Of a stretch of DNA of 64,000 bases, positions 27,959-36,795 are shown in pieces (within the stretch, counting starts at the first letter, position 1; each line of letters opens with the position of its first letter). The DNA comes from Vicinamibacterales bacterium (GTDB taxonomy: Bacteria; Acidobacteriota; Vicinamibacteria; Vicinamibacterales; 2-12-FULL-66-21): NCBI GenBank assembly GCA_035575695.1, contig DATLXP010000078.1:1838-65837 (forward strand). The letters are read 5' to 3'. The notes below the pieces were generated by a model, which was not told where the DNA came from, did no database searches, and worked only from the letters and a program-made list of their open reading frames with translations. The translations under genes and the position numbers were made by a program.

Positions 27959-29992
27959 CTATGAGTCGCTGTTCTGCAGCGCTTCCCACTGGCCCATCAG
28001 GTCACCCACCTCCCACATCAGTGCCTGGTGCCTGTCAATAACGGGCTTTGAGACGTCGCGGTCATCGTAGAAGCCGACTGCCGACATCCTGACTTCTATC
28101 TCTTTTATTTCGCGTTCGCGGTCGGCGATGCGGGCCTCGAGCTCCTCGACGCGCTTCTTCTTGGCCCCTTCGACCTTCCTTGCGCGTCGGGCGTCGGCTT
28201 CCTGCTGCTTGCGCTCGTCGTAGGAGGGCCCGCCTTCGCCGCTGCGAGGCTTTGGCGCGGCGTCCGGCTTCCCGACACCAGCGTCCGGCTTCCTGCTGCC
28301 GGCGTCCTGCTGCGTCCCGGGATCCGGTTTCCGAGCCCCGGCTCCGGGCCGCCGGGGGCCGGACGCCGGCAGCTGGGGATTGGACGCCTGCTGCTTGCGG
28401 CTCCAGAGAAACTCCTCGTAGTTCCCGGGATAGACGAGGGCCCCGCCGTTGCCGATCTCGATGACCTTCGTCGCCAGCTTGTCGACGAAATACCGGTCGT
28501 GGGAGACGAAGATCAGCGTGCCCCCGAAGTCTTCGAGCGCGTCGAGGAGCACATCCTTGGAATCGAGGTCCAGGTGATTGGTCGGCTCATCGAGGATCAG
28601 GGTGTTCGAGGGGCGCAACAGCATGCGCGCGACGGCAAGCCGGGTGCGCTCGCCTCCCGACAGCACGCGCACGGGCTTGTCCACGTCATCGCCCGAAAAA
28701 AGAAAACCGCCGAGGATGTTGCGGATGGCCGGGACCATCTGCAGCGGCGCGTCGCCTGCGAGCGTCTGATAGACGGTGAGCGTCGGGTCGAGGCGCGTCG
28801 CCTCGTCCTGCGCGAAGTACTGCATCACGACCTGGTGTCCTTCGGTACGCGTACCCGAGTCGGGATTTTCCACGCCCGAGAGCATCCGCATCATGGTCGA
28901 CTTGCCCGCGCCGTTTGGACCGATCAGCGCGATGCGGTCACCGCGCTCGATGTGGACGCCGACGCTCTCGAACACCACGCGGGTCCCGTAGGCCTTGCGG
29001 ATGCTCTTCAAATCGAACACCGTGCGCCCGCTCTTTGCGCACGCCGGGAAGGTGAAGTGGACGCGCTTCCGCTCCGGGGGGATCTCGATCGGCACGATCT
29101 TGTCGAGCATCTTGATCCGGCTCTGGACCTGCGCCGCCTTGGTCGCCTGGTAGCGGAACCGGTTGATGAACGCGTTGATGCGCTCGAGCTCGTCATCCTG
29201 GTCCCGCTTCATCTGACGCAGGCGCTCCATGCGCGTCTCGCGCTCGAGCAGGTACGCGCTGTAGTTCCCGACGTAGTCGGTGAGCTTCCGAAGGCCGATG
29301 TCGGTGATCCGCGTGACCACCGCATCCAGGAAGAACCGGTCGTGTGACACCAGGATGACGGCGTGCGGGTACTCGGTCAGGTACTCTTCGAGCCAGTTCC
29401 TCGCCTCGAGATCGAGGTGGTTGGTCGGTTCGTCGAGGAGGAGCAGCCCGGGGCGTGTCAGGAGCAGCCTGGCGAGCGCGATGCGCATCTGCCATCCGCC
29501 CGAAAACGTTTCGGTCTGCTTCTCCAGGTCCTCGGCGGAAAACCCCAGGCCCCGAAGGACGGTCATCACCTTGAGGTCGATGCTGTAGCCTTCACCCCGC
29601 CGGAAACTTTCCTGGAGATCGCTGTACCGGCTGAGCATCGCTTCATGCTCGGACTCGGCGACCGTCTCGTCTCCCAGCCGCTCCTCGAGGGCATGTATCT
29701 CCGCGCGCATGTCCAGCAGCGGTTTGAACGCGAGGCTGGCTTCTTCGTGGAGGGTACGCCCGCTGTGGTTCAGGCCGTCCTGGGGCAGGTAGCCGACGGT
29801 GAGGCCCGAGGGCTTGACGACGATGCCTGCATCCGGCTCATCGAGGCCAGCCAGCATCTTGAGCAGCGTCGTCTTGCCCGCGCCGTTCGGGCCGGCGAGG
29901 CCGACGCGCTCTCGATCATCGATCTGCCAGCTGACCGTGTCGAGCAGAACGCGCGCGCCGAAAGATTTGCTGAGGGAAACGAGTTGGATCAA
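27959..29992 (-). CDS. ABC-F family ATPase (Uup/YheS/EttA-like translation-associated ABC protein)
   Basis: 677 aa. Two ABC cassettes (GPNGAGKTT, GPNGAGKST; LSGG signatures), no transmembrane domain, C-terminal coiled-coil. TTG start overlaps the stop of the upstream response regulator (TTGA at 29989-29992). Confidence 0.9.
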   Translation of the reverse strand: MIQLVSLSKSFGARVLLDTVSWQIDDRERVGLAGPNGAGKTTLLKMLAGLDEPDAGIVVKPSGLTVGYLPQDGLNHSGRTLHEEASLAFKPLLDMRAEIHALEERLGDETVAESEHEAMLSRYSDLQESFRRGEGYSIDLKVMTVLRGLGFSAEDLEKQTETFSGGWQMRIALARLLLTRPGLLLLDEPTNHLDLEARNWLEEYLTEYPHAVILVSHDRFFLDAVVTRITDIGLRKLTDYVGNYSAYLLERETRMERLRQMKRDQDDELERINAFINRFRYQATKAAQVQSRIKMLDKIVPIEIPPERKRVHFTFPACAKSGRTVFDLKSIRKAYGTRVVFESVGVHIERGDRIALIGPNGAGKSTMMRMLSGVENPDSGTRTEGHQVVMQYFAQDEATRLDPTLTVYQTLAGDAPLQMVPAIRNILGGFLFSGDDVDKPVRVLSGGERTRLAVARMLLRPSNTLILDEPTNHLDLDSKDVLLDALEDFGGTLIFVSHDRYFVDKLATKVIEIGNGGALVYPGNYEEFLWSRKQQASNPQLPASGPRRPGAGARKPDPGTQQDAGSRKPDAGVGKPDAAPKPRSGEGGPSYDERKQQEADARRARKVEGAKKKRVEELEARIADREREIKEIEVRMSAVGFYDDRDVSKPVIDRHQALMWEVGDLMGQWEALQNSDS

Positions 29993-30588
29993 CTGACGGG
30001 TTCGCCGAGCGCCTTGGCCGCGGCGGCAAGGACGCGGGGCACGCGAAACGGCTTGGTCAGATACCCCTGCACACCAAGGTTGATCGCTTCGACGGCGCTC
30101 GCCTCCGTGGAGTAGCCGGTCACGATGATGACGGGGATGTCCGCCTTGAGGCGGCGCGCTTCGCGAATGACCGTCAGACCGTCCACACCGGGCATCCGGA
30201 GGTCCGTGATGAGCAGGTCGTACGAGATGATTCGCATGCGGTCGAGCGCCGTGCGGCCGTCGGGCGCGAGGTCCACGTCATAGTCGGCCAGCGCCAGCGT
30301 CTTGGCGAGCAGCTCGCGGATGGTGGCTTCATCGTCGACGACAAGAATGCGCGCACGGGCGCCGGACTGCGGCGCAGGACACGGGCCCGCAGCGACTGTC
30401 CGTGCGGCACGCGGACGCTGACTTTCGAGCCACGCGTCGATGTCGCGTTTTCTGAAGCGCCACTGCCGCCCGACGCGGACGGCCGGAATTTTCCCCGCCT
30501 TGATGAGCCTGTAGACCGTACGAAGGTTGACCTGGAGATATTCCAGGACCTCCTCAGTCGTCAGAAATCCTTCGTCGTTCATGTCCAT
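29989..30588 (-). CDS. Response regulator with N-terminal excisionase/MerR-type HTH and C-terminal receiver domain
   Basis: LTTEEVLEYLQVNLRTVYRLIKAGKIPAVRVGRQWRFRKRDIDAWL (HTH_17-like), then a REC domain (VVDDE...ITDLRMPG...IIVTGY...LTKPF). Confidence 0.85.
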   Translation of the reverse strand: MDMNDEGFLTTEEVLEYLQVNLRTVYRLIKAGKIPAVRVGRQWRFRKRDIDAWLESQRPRAARTVAAGPCPAPQSGARARILVVDDEATIRELLAKTLALADYDVDLAPDGRTALDRMRIISYDLLITDLRMPGVDGLTVIREARRLKADIPVIIVTGYSTEASAVEAINLGVQGYLTKPFRVPRVLAAAAKALGEPVS

Positions 30589-30621
30589 GGAGACTTACAG
30601 GGGCATTTTAGCATCCCGCTG

Positions 30622-32190
30622 TCACTCCGCGATGGGCAATTGGAGTGTGAAGACGGCTCCACGCGCGGTCGAGCCGGCCGTGATGCTGCCGTGATGTTCC
30701 TGCATGATCCCGTAGGTGATGGCGAGGCCCAGGCCGGTGCCTTTGCCGACCTCTTTCGTCGTGAAGAAGGGATCGAAGATCCGTGGCAGCACGTCCGGTG
30801 GAATGCCAGGCCCGCTGTCGGCGATGGCGATGACGACGACGCCCTGTTCGACCGCGGTCGTGATTGTGATCTGCCCCGGGCCTGCCGTCTCGGCCATGGC
30901 CTGTTCGCCGTTGATCAAGACGTTCAGCAAGGCCTGCTGCAACAGGCCGGGGTCGCCGCTGACATCAGGCAGGTCGAGTGTTCCTTCCCGGACGATATCG
31001 AAGTCGGTTGGGCGAAGGGCGCCTTCGCGCATGGCGATCACTCGCGACAGGAGCCGCTCGACGTTGACGCGCCTGCGCTTCACGCGTTGAGACCCTGAAA
31101 ACACCAGCAGGTCGCGAACGATCTTGGCGGCACGCTCCGCATCGTGGTACGCGCGGCGCAGTTCAGTTCGGTGCGTCGCGTTGTGCTCTCCGACCTCCAG
31201 CATCAACTCGAGGTGCCCGAGGACGCTCTGGAGGGGGTTGTTCATCTCGTGGGCGATGCCTGCGATGAACTGGCCGAGCGACGCGAGTTTTTCCGCCTGC
31301 ACGAGCCGCTCCTGCAGGCGTACCTGCTCGGAGATGTCCCGCAGGACGAGCACCTGACCGACCGGCCCGCTCTCTGTGACAAACGGGGTGGCGGTGGCGG
31401 CCAACCCATCGGCCAGCTGTTGCCCGAGGAATTCCCGGCGGGCGATTTCGCCGCGCTGTGGCGACAGCGACGTGACCCACTGCGCGATGGATGGCCCGAC
31501 CACCGTCTCGAGGGGTTGGTCCACGAGAGCGGCGCGGCTGGCGCCGACGCGGGCCGCCAGAGCGCTGTTCAGTTGCACGGCGCGGCCCTGCGCGTCGGTC
31601 ACGACGACCATGTCGGCCAGCGAGTCGAAGGTGTCCTCGAGCAGACGGTGCTGCCGTATCAATTCGTCCAGCACCAGCACGCTCTCGACCGCGCTGGACA
31701 ACTGCCGGGCAAGGTCCAGGGACAGGTCGACGAGCTGCTGCTCGTCCACGTCCCGGGGCTGCCCTTCGACGACCAGCGTGCCAAGCGCGCGGCGCCATCC
31801 GCGGAGGGGAACCACGAGCGTCTGCCCGCCGCCCGTGCCGACAATCTGCGGCCCGTCGTGCCGCAGCCCTCGCGCCACGGGGCTGTCCTCTTTGGTGGAA
31901 AGAGGGGGGATGGTATCGGCGGCGGGCCTGTCGGATGAGGCCGCGAGGCGCAGCGTCCTGGCGCGACGGTCGTGCAGCCACAGCGACGTGCGGGTGGTGC
32001 CGAAGAGTGCATTGACCTCGCAGGCGAGCGTCTGCAGGCCCGCATCGAGGTCTAACCTGGCGGATATGCCCAGGGTAAAGCCAAGGAGGCACTCCTGTAG
32101 TCGTTTTCGAAGGGCGAGTTCCCTCGAGATCCGTTCGGTGCCGGGTGCGCTCATCAGGGACCGACGCATTCTAAGTTGTTGAGAGCACAA
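30622..32190 (-). CDS. GAF/PAS sensor histidine kinase
   Basis: H-box [12 protein letters not shown] and HATPase_c motifs ([18 protein letters not shown]), with N-terminal GAF-like and PAS-like regions. Confidence 0.85.
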   Translation of the reverse strand: MCSQQLRMRRSLMSAPGTERISRELALRKRLQECLLGFTLGISARLDLDAGLQTLACEVNALFGTTRTSLWLHDRRARTLRLAASSDRPAADTIPPLSTKEDSPVARGLRHDGPQIVGTGGGQTLVVPLRGWRRALGTLVVEGQPRDVDEQQLVDLSLDLARQLSSAVESVLVLDELIRQHRLLEDTFDSLADMVVVTDAQGRAVQLNSALAARVGASRAALVDQPLETVVGPSIAQWVTSLSPQRGEIARREFLGQQLADGLAATATPFVTESGPVGQVLVLRDISEQVRLQERLVQAEKLASLGQFIAGIAHEMNNPLQSVLGHLELMLEVGEHNATHRTELRRAYHDAERAAKIVRDLLVFSGSQRVKRRRVNVERLLSRVIAMREGALRPTDFDIVREGTLDLPDVSGDPGLLQQALLNVLINGEQAMAETAGPGQITITTAVEQGVVVIAIADSGPGIPPDVLPRIFDPFFTTKEVGKGTGLGLAITYGIMQEHHGSITAGSTARGAVFTLQLPIAE

Positions 32191-32247
32191 AGGTACAACG
32201 AATCCGACTGGGAATGTGTGTTCTGCGTCTAATCTATCGACAACGGC

Positions 32248-32832
32248 ATGGCGTCGTCTGACGAAGAGCTGGTCGCCCGCTCAATGGGTGGCGATCTGGA
32301 CAGCTTCAACCAGCTGGTCTTACGCTGGGAGCGGCCGATCTATGCCTTGGCGTACCGCGTCATCGGCCGCGAAGAAGAAGCGCGCGATGTCGCCCAGGAG
32401 ACTTTTCTTCGCGCGTTTCGCGCGCTCAGCGGCTTCAAGGGCGAAGCGAAATTCTCGTCGTGGCTCTACCGGATCACGCTGAACCTTTGCCGCGACTGGA
32501 TCCGTAAGGAGAAGCGCACACGCGTGTCGCAGCCCCCGGAGGGGCTCGATATCGTCGATCTGGCGGGTGCGTCGATCCAGACCGAGACGATCGAGCAACG
32601 GATCGGCCGGAAAGACCTCGGGCGCGCTGTCAGCAAGGCGATGGCGGCGCTCCCGGAAGAGCAGCGGACCGCCATCATCTTGAAGGAATATCACGGCCTG
32701 ACATTTCAGGAGATCGCCGACATGCTCGGCTGCCCGTTGAGCACCGTCAAGACCCGGCTGTACCAGGGCCTCAGCGTCGTGAGAAAGCAACTCGAGCAGG
32801 CCGGCGTGAGTTCGGATTCTTTAGGGCGATAG
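32248..32832 (+). CDS. ECF-type RNA polymerase sigma factor
   Basis: Region 2 (ARDVAQETFLRAF, FSSWLYRITLNLCRDWIR) and region 4 (LTFQEIADMLGCPLSTVKTRLYQG). Confidence 0.85.
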   Translation: MASSDEELVARSMGGDLDSFNQLVLRWERPIYALAYRVIGREEEARDVAQETFLRAFRALSGFKGEAKFSSWLYRITLNLCRDWIRKEKRTRVSQPPEGLDIVDLAGASIQTETIEQRIGRKDLGRAVSKAMAALPEEQRTAIILKEYHGLTFQEIADMLGCPLSTVKTRLYQGLSVVRKQLEQAGVSSDSLGR

Positions 32833-32874
32833 ATTCAAAGGTGCGACAGGTGTCTGAGGGTCGAGGGTGTCAGG

Positions 32875-33660
32875 ATGTGTGAGAGCCAGGAATTGATCGT
32901 CGGATATCTGTACGACGATCTGACGGAGTCGGAACGGCAAACGTTTGATGCTCATCTCGTCACGTGCGTCGAATGCCGCGATGAGGTGGCCGGGTTGCGC
33001 GCCGCGCGGGGGTATCTCGCGTCGTGGGCCCCACCGGAGCCGGATTTCGGGTTCCGCGTCATCCGGGAGCCACAGGCTCCGCCAGCGCGGGTGCTCTCGA
33101 TGCGTTCACGCTGGCTGCCGGCGTTTGGCCTGGCGGCAGCCGCCGTGCTCGTGCTCGCAGCCGCGACCGCGATTGCGAATCTTGACGTGCGGTACGACGC
33201 GAGCGGGCTGGTCGTTCGCACCGGCTGGTCTCGCCTCCCGGAGCCGGTCGCGCAGGGCGGGGCACGGGAGAACGGAGTCACCACAGCGCAGGTCAGTGAC
33301 GCAGCCACCGCCACGGCCGTCGCGACGACCGACCTCGATCTACTCGATCGGCGTCTGCGCGAGCTCGAGCGAGCCGCGGCCCCCAATCCCGTCCAGGTCG
33401 CGGGAAGCCCGCGCATGTCGGACGCCGATCTGCTGCGTCGGGTGCGGGAGATGGTCGGCGACGCCGAATCGCGCCAGCAGACCGTCGTGGCGCAGCGCCT
33501 GCTGCAGGTCGTCCGCGACTTCGACCGCCAGCGTCAATCGGATCTCGCCGCGATTCAGCAGGGGCTCGGCAGCTATCAGGGGCTGACCAACGCGGAGATC
33601 GCGCAGCAGCGGGACATGCTCAATCAGTTGTATCGCGTGGCCGCACGCCAGGACAGATAA
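32875..33660 (+). CDS. Anti-sigma factor (zf-HC2 type) with one transmembrane segment
   Basis: N-terminal H-x3-C-x2-C motif (FDAHLVTCVECRDEV) and transmembrane helix LPAFGLAAAAVLVLAAATAIA. Lies directly downstream of the ECF sigma gene. Confidence 0.7.
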   Translation: MCESQELIVGYLYDDLTESERQTFDAHLVTCVECRDEVAGLRAARGYLASWAPPEPDFGFRVIREPQAPPARVLSMRSRWLPAFGLAAAAVLVLAAATAIANLDVRYDASGLVVRTGWSRLPEPVAQGGARENGVTTAQVSDAATATAVATTDLDLLDRRLRELERAAAPNPVQVAGSPRMSDADLLRRVREMVGDAESRQQTVVAQRLLQVVRDFDRQRQSDLAAIQQGLGSYQGLTNAEIAQQRDMLNQLYRVAARQDR

Positions 33661-33670
33661 TCAACGAGGT

Positions 33671-34450
33671 ATGGCCGTGATCAGGACCGCAGGATTACTT
33701 CTCATGCTCACCGCTGCCGGCTCGCATGCCGCCGGAGCGCAGGAGCCCCCGGTGGTTCCACCCCCGGTGCAGGCACCGAAACCGCAGGTGCCAACCGAAG
33801 CTCCACCTTCCCCCGAGATGCTCGTGGCCCGTCCGCCAGTGGCACCGTCGGTCGGGGGCGTCCCGGCGCCCCTGTCGGGCGGCGAGTGGCGCAGGCGACG
33901 TGACGCGATCGATGCGATGGAAGGCATGCTTCCCACCAAAGTGCGTTCGGGTGCGAAAGAGACGATGCGGGAGATCGAGTCCGTCCAGCCCGGGCTCAAT
34001 CTGCTGACCACCAGTGCCCCGCGAGCTCGAGGGTTCCACCTCGAAGGATATGGCGTCTTTTTCTACGTCGAGATTCCCGGTGTGCGCCCGAGCGTTGCGT
34101 CGATCGTCGAGCAACTGGCGCGCGAGCGCGATCGCACGGATCGCGGCGCGGCCGCTTCCCGCGCGAACGCCAGCGGCGGCCCTGTGAGCTTCGACCCCAA
34201 CGCGATGTACACCGAAGCGGTGAAGCGGCAGCTGATCGACGCGTTGCTGGACTACAGCCAGCCGCTCGAGCTGCGCGCGAACGAATGGCTGACGATTGCC
34301 GCACGCGACGGCGATGAGCCCATCCCCAACGTCATTTACGAGTCGATCACGATGGTGCTCCGGGTGCGCGGGGGGGATCTCGTGGAGTTCCGCGCGGGCC
34401 GCATCAGTCGTGATGAGATGCTCAAGCGGGTCGAAGTGCGGGGCTTCTGA
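33671..34450 (+). CDS. Hypothetical secreted protein
   Basis: Signal peptide (LLLMLTAAGSHAAGA) and a Pro-rich segment. Co-directional with the sigma/anti-sigma pair. No recognisable family. Confidence 0.55.
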   Translation: MAVIRTAGLLLMLTAAGSHAAGAQEPPVVPPPVQAPKPQVPTEAPPSPEMLVARPPVAPSVGGVPAPLSGGEWRRRRDAIDAMEGMLPTKVRSGAKETMREIESVQPGLNLLTTSAPRARGFHLEGYGVFFYVEIPGVRPSVASIVEQLARERDRTDRGAAASRANASGGPVSFDPNAMYTEAVKRQLIDALLDYSQPLELRANEWLTIAARDGDEPIPNVIYESITMVLRVRGGDLVEFRAGRISRDEMLKRVEVRGF

Positions 34451-34470
34451 CGCTGCGTTACAATCGCGCC

Positions 34471-34950
34471 ATGACGAAGCGAGCAGTCATCGCCTGTGCC
34501 ATGCTCACGGCCGGTCTCGTTGCCGGCGCATGCGGCAAGCCGGTCGACCTGAAGCAGTCCCTCCAGGTCACGGACGTCACGAGCGGCTGGTTCGACGCCG
34601 GTATCGTCGAGGGCAAGAACAAGCTCGTGCCGACGGTGACCTTCACGCTCCGCAAGGCTGAGGGGGTGGCGAACTCGGCGGTCGCCCTGAACCTCGTCTT
34701 CAAGACGTCCGACACGGGGGACGAAAGCAACGACGAGTTCGTGCAACGGGTCGAGTTCAACGGGAACGAGACGGCGCCGATCGTCGTGCGCTCGAAAAGC
34801 GGATATACGGCGGATCCGCCGCAGTCGCGCGCGGACATGCTGAAGCACAGCCAGTTCCGTGACATGGACGTCGAGATCTTTGCCAAGCAGACCTCGCAGT
34901 GGGTCTCGCTTCACAAGACCCGCATCGAACGCCAGCTCCTCACCAGGTAA
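34471..34950 (+). CDS. Hypothetical lipoprotein
   Basis: Lipobox LVAGAC after a hydrophobic N-terminus. 159 aa. Confidence 0.6.
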   Translation: MTKRAVIACAMLTAGLVAGACGKPVDLKQSLQVTDVTSGWFDAGIVEGKNKLVPTVTFTLRKAEGVANSAVALNLVFKTSDTGDESNDEFVQRVEFNGNETAPIVVRSKSGYTADPPQSRADMLKHSQFRDMDVEIFAKQTSQWVSLHKTRIERQLLTR

Positions 34951-34961
34951 CCCATCGCTTC

Positions 34962-36395
34962 GTGACGTCTCCAATCCCCGCAGCCTCGCAGTCTGCCCCG
35001 TCGCTCGAGCGACGGCTCGGGCCACTGGACGCCGCCGCCATCGTCGTCTCCAACGTCATCGGAGGTGGCATCCTGTTCACCCCGCCACAAGTGGCCGCCG
35101 CCGTGCCGGACGCGTGGCTGTTTCTCGGCGTGTGGGTGGCTGGCGGCCTGCTGGCGTTTGCCGGGGCGATGGCGTACGCCGAGCTGGCCGCGCTGCGCCC
35201 CCGCGCAGGAGGGGAGTATGTCTACCTCCGCGCCGCGTACGGGCGCATGATGGCGTTTCTTACGGGGTGGACATCGTTCGTCGCGGGCTTCTCTGGTGCG
35301 ATCGCCGCGAGCGCCGTGGTGCTTGCCGCCTACGTCGGTCGGTTCGTGCCGGCCGCGAGGGACGTGACCCCCATTTTTACGGTTCCCCTGCCCTTCGTGC
35401 CGCTCGTGTTCTCGCGCCAGTCGTTCGTGGCGCTGTCGGCGATCGCGTTGATGTCGTGGATCCACCTTCGCGGCGTCGGGCCTGGCCGTCTCGTCGGCAA
35501 CATCCTCGCGGGCCTGAAGGTGTCGGCACTGCTCATCTTCATCGCCCTGGGTTTCTCCATAGGGGAGGGGTCCGCTGGCAATCTTCAGCAGGCGGCCTCG
35601 AGTGTGCCGCCGGCGACCTGGCTGCTGGCGCTGATCCCGGTGATGTTCACGTATGCGGGCTGGAACGCGGCCGCCTACGTCGCCGAGGAGGTCCGGGATC
35701 CGGGGCGCAACGTGCCGATGGCGCTCGCGCTGGGCACCGGGGCCGTCATCGCGATCTACCTCCTGCTGAACGCGCTCTATCTGTTCGTGTTGCCCGTTGG
35801 AGAGCTCGCCCAGGTCCGCGGCAGCGTCCTCGATGTGATCGCCGACCGGCTGCTCGGGACGCGGGCGGGGGATGTGATGGGCGTCGTGTCGATCATCAGT
35901 ATCGCGGCCAGCATCTCGGCGATGGTGTTTGCCGGGCCGCGCGTGTACTACGCGATGGCGCGGGACGGATTGTTCGTCCGTTCAGCCGCGGTGGTGCATA
36001 CGCGGTATCGCACGCCCGCGGTCGCCATCGTTGCGCAGGCGATCTGGAGTGGGCTGCTTGTCCTGTCGGGCAGCGCCTCGACGCTGACGACGTACACGGG
36101 CTTCGCGGTGGTGTTGTTCTCCGGGATCGCTGTGGCGTCGCTCTTCGTGTTGCGTCACAAGGAGCCTGACGCGCCGCGGCCGTTCAAGGCGTGGGGGTAC
36201 CCCCTGGCGCCGGCGATCTTCACGGTTGCGAGCGCGCTGATCGTCGGTAACGCATTGTGGACGGACCTGGTGCGGCCGATGATGTGGGGCGGCTCGTGGG
36301 GTCCGTCCGCCGCGGGTCTGATTGTGATTGCGCTCGGCCTGCCGGTGTACCTGATCGCGACACGTGCGAAGGGGACAGCCACCTTTGTACCGTAA
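34962..36395 (+). CDS. APC-superfamily amino acid permease
   Basis: AAAIVVSNVIGGGILFTPP and about 12 hydrophobic segments. GTG at 34962 is preferred over GTG at 34899, which would overlap the preceding gene by 52 nt; the start remains uncertain. The last codons (KGTATFVP) derive from the repeat element. Confidence 0.8.
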   Translation: MTSPIPAASQSAPSLERRLGPLDAAAIVVSNVIGGGILFTPPQVAAAVPDAWLFLGVWVAGGLLAFAGAMAYAELAALRPRAGGEYVYLRAAYGRMMAFLTGWTSFVAGFSGAIAASAVVLAAYVGRFVPAARDVTPIFTVPLPFVPLVFSRQSFVALSAIALMSWIHLRGVGPGRLVGNILAGLKVSALLIFIALGFSIGEGSAGNLQQAASSVPPATWLLALIPVMFTYAGWNAAAYVAEEVRDPGRNVPMALALGTGAVIAIYLLLNALYLFVLPVGELAQVRGSVLDVIADRLLGTRAGDVMGVVSIISIAASISAMVFAGPRVYYAMARDGLFVRSAAVVHTRYRTPAVAIVAQAIWSGLLVLSGSASTLTTYTGFAVVLFSGIAVASLFVLRHKEPDAPRPFKAWGYPLAPAIFTVASALIVGNALWTDLVRPMMWGGSWGPSAAGLIVIALGLPVYLIATRAKGTATFVP

Positions 36396-36441
36396 GTGCA
36401 CAAAGGGGCTGTCCCCTTCACAAAGGTGGCTGTCCCCTTCG
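36367..36441. repeat. One forward and two inverted copies of the GGGGACAGCCACC element between convergent genes
   Basis: CGAAGGGGACAGCCACCTTTGT at 36367-36388, ACAAAGGGGCTGTCCCCTTC at 36400-36419 (one base missing) and ACAAAGGTGGCTGTCCCCTTCG at 36420-36441. Confidence 0.9.
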
Positions 36442-36792
36442 TGTCAGTGCGTACCACGTCAGCAGCGCGAAAGCGCCGTCGCTGGCGGCAAACAGCAGGA
36501 ACGACGACGGAGAGCCTCGCAGGGCGTAGTCGAGCAGGAACGCCGCCGCCCCGGCCCCCTTCAGACCCGGCCCCATGACCCAGAGATAACCCCGGTACCG
36601 TTCGGGGTCGCGCCAGGGCAGGTAGTACCCAGCCCCGATCGCCATCAGGAATATGCCATTCAGGTCGGAGAAAATGGGTGGGCTTGCCGGGGGCACGCCG
36701 AAGGTGGCCGCGAGGTGCGCGGAGGCGAAAAGTAAAAGGGCCCCTACGACGACATCGTAGAGGCCCGAGACTGCCGCAACGCCCTTGAGCAT
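36418..36792 (-). CDS. Hypothetical small integral membrane protein
   Basis: 124 aa with about four hydrophobic helices. The C-terminal codons (RRGQPPL) lie within the repeat element. Confidence 0.55.
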   Translation of the reverse strand: MLKGVAAVSGLYDVVVGALLLFASAHLAATFGVPPASPPIFSDLNGIFLMAIGAGYYLPWRDPERYRGYLWVMGPGLKGAGAAAFLLDYALRGSPSSFLLFAASDGAFALLTWYALTRRGQPPL

Positions 36793-36795
36793 CCG

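Noticed and set aside
28230-28350. Direct repeats GCGTCCGGCTTCC in the ABC-F gene as a dispersed repeat element
   Set aside because: They encode a short KPD(A/P)G low-complexity linker within an intact ORF. They do not match either repeat family found in intergenic regions, so this looks like local codon-level slippage only.
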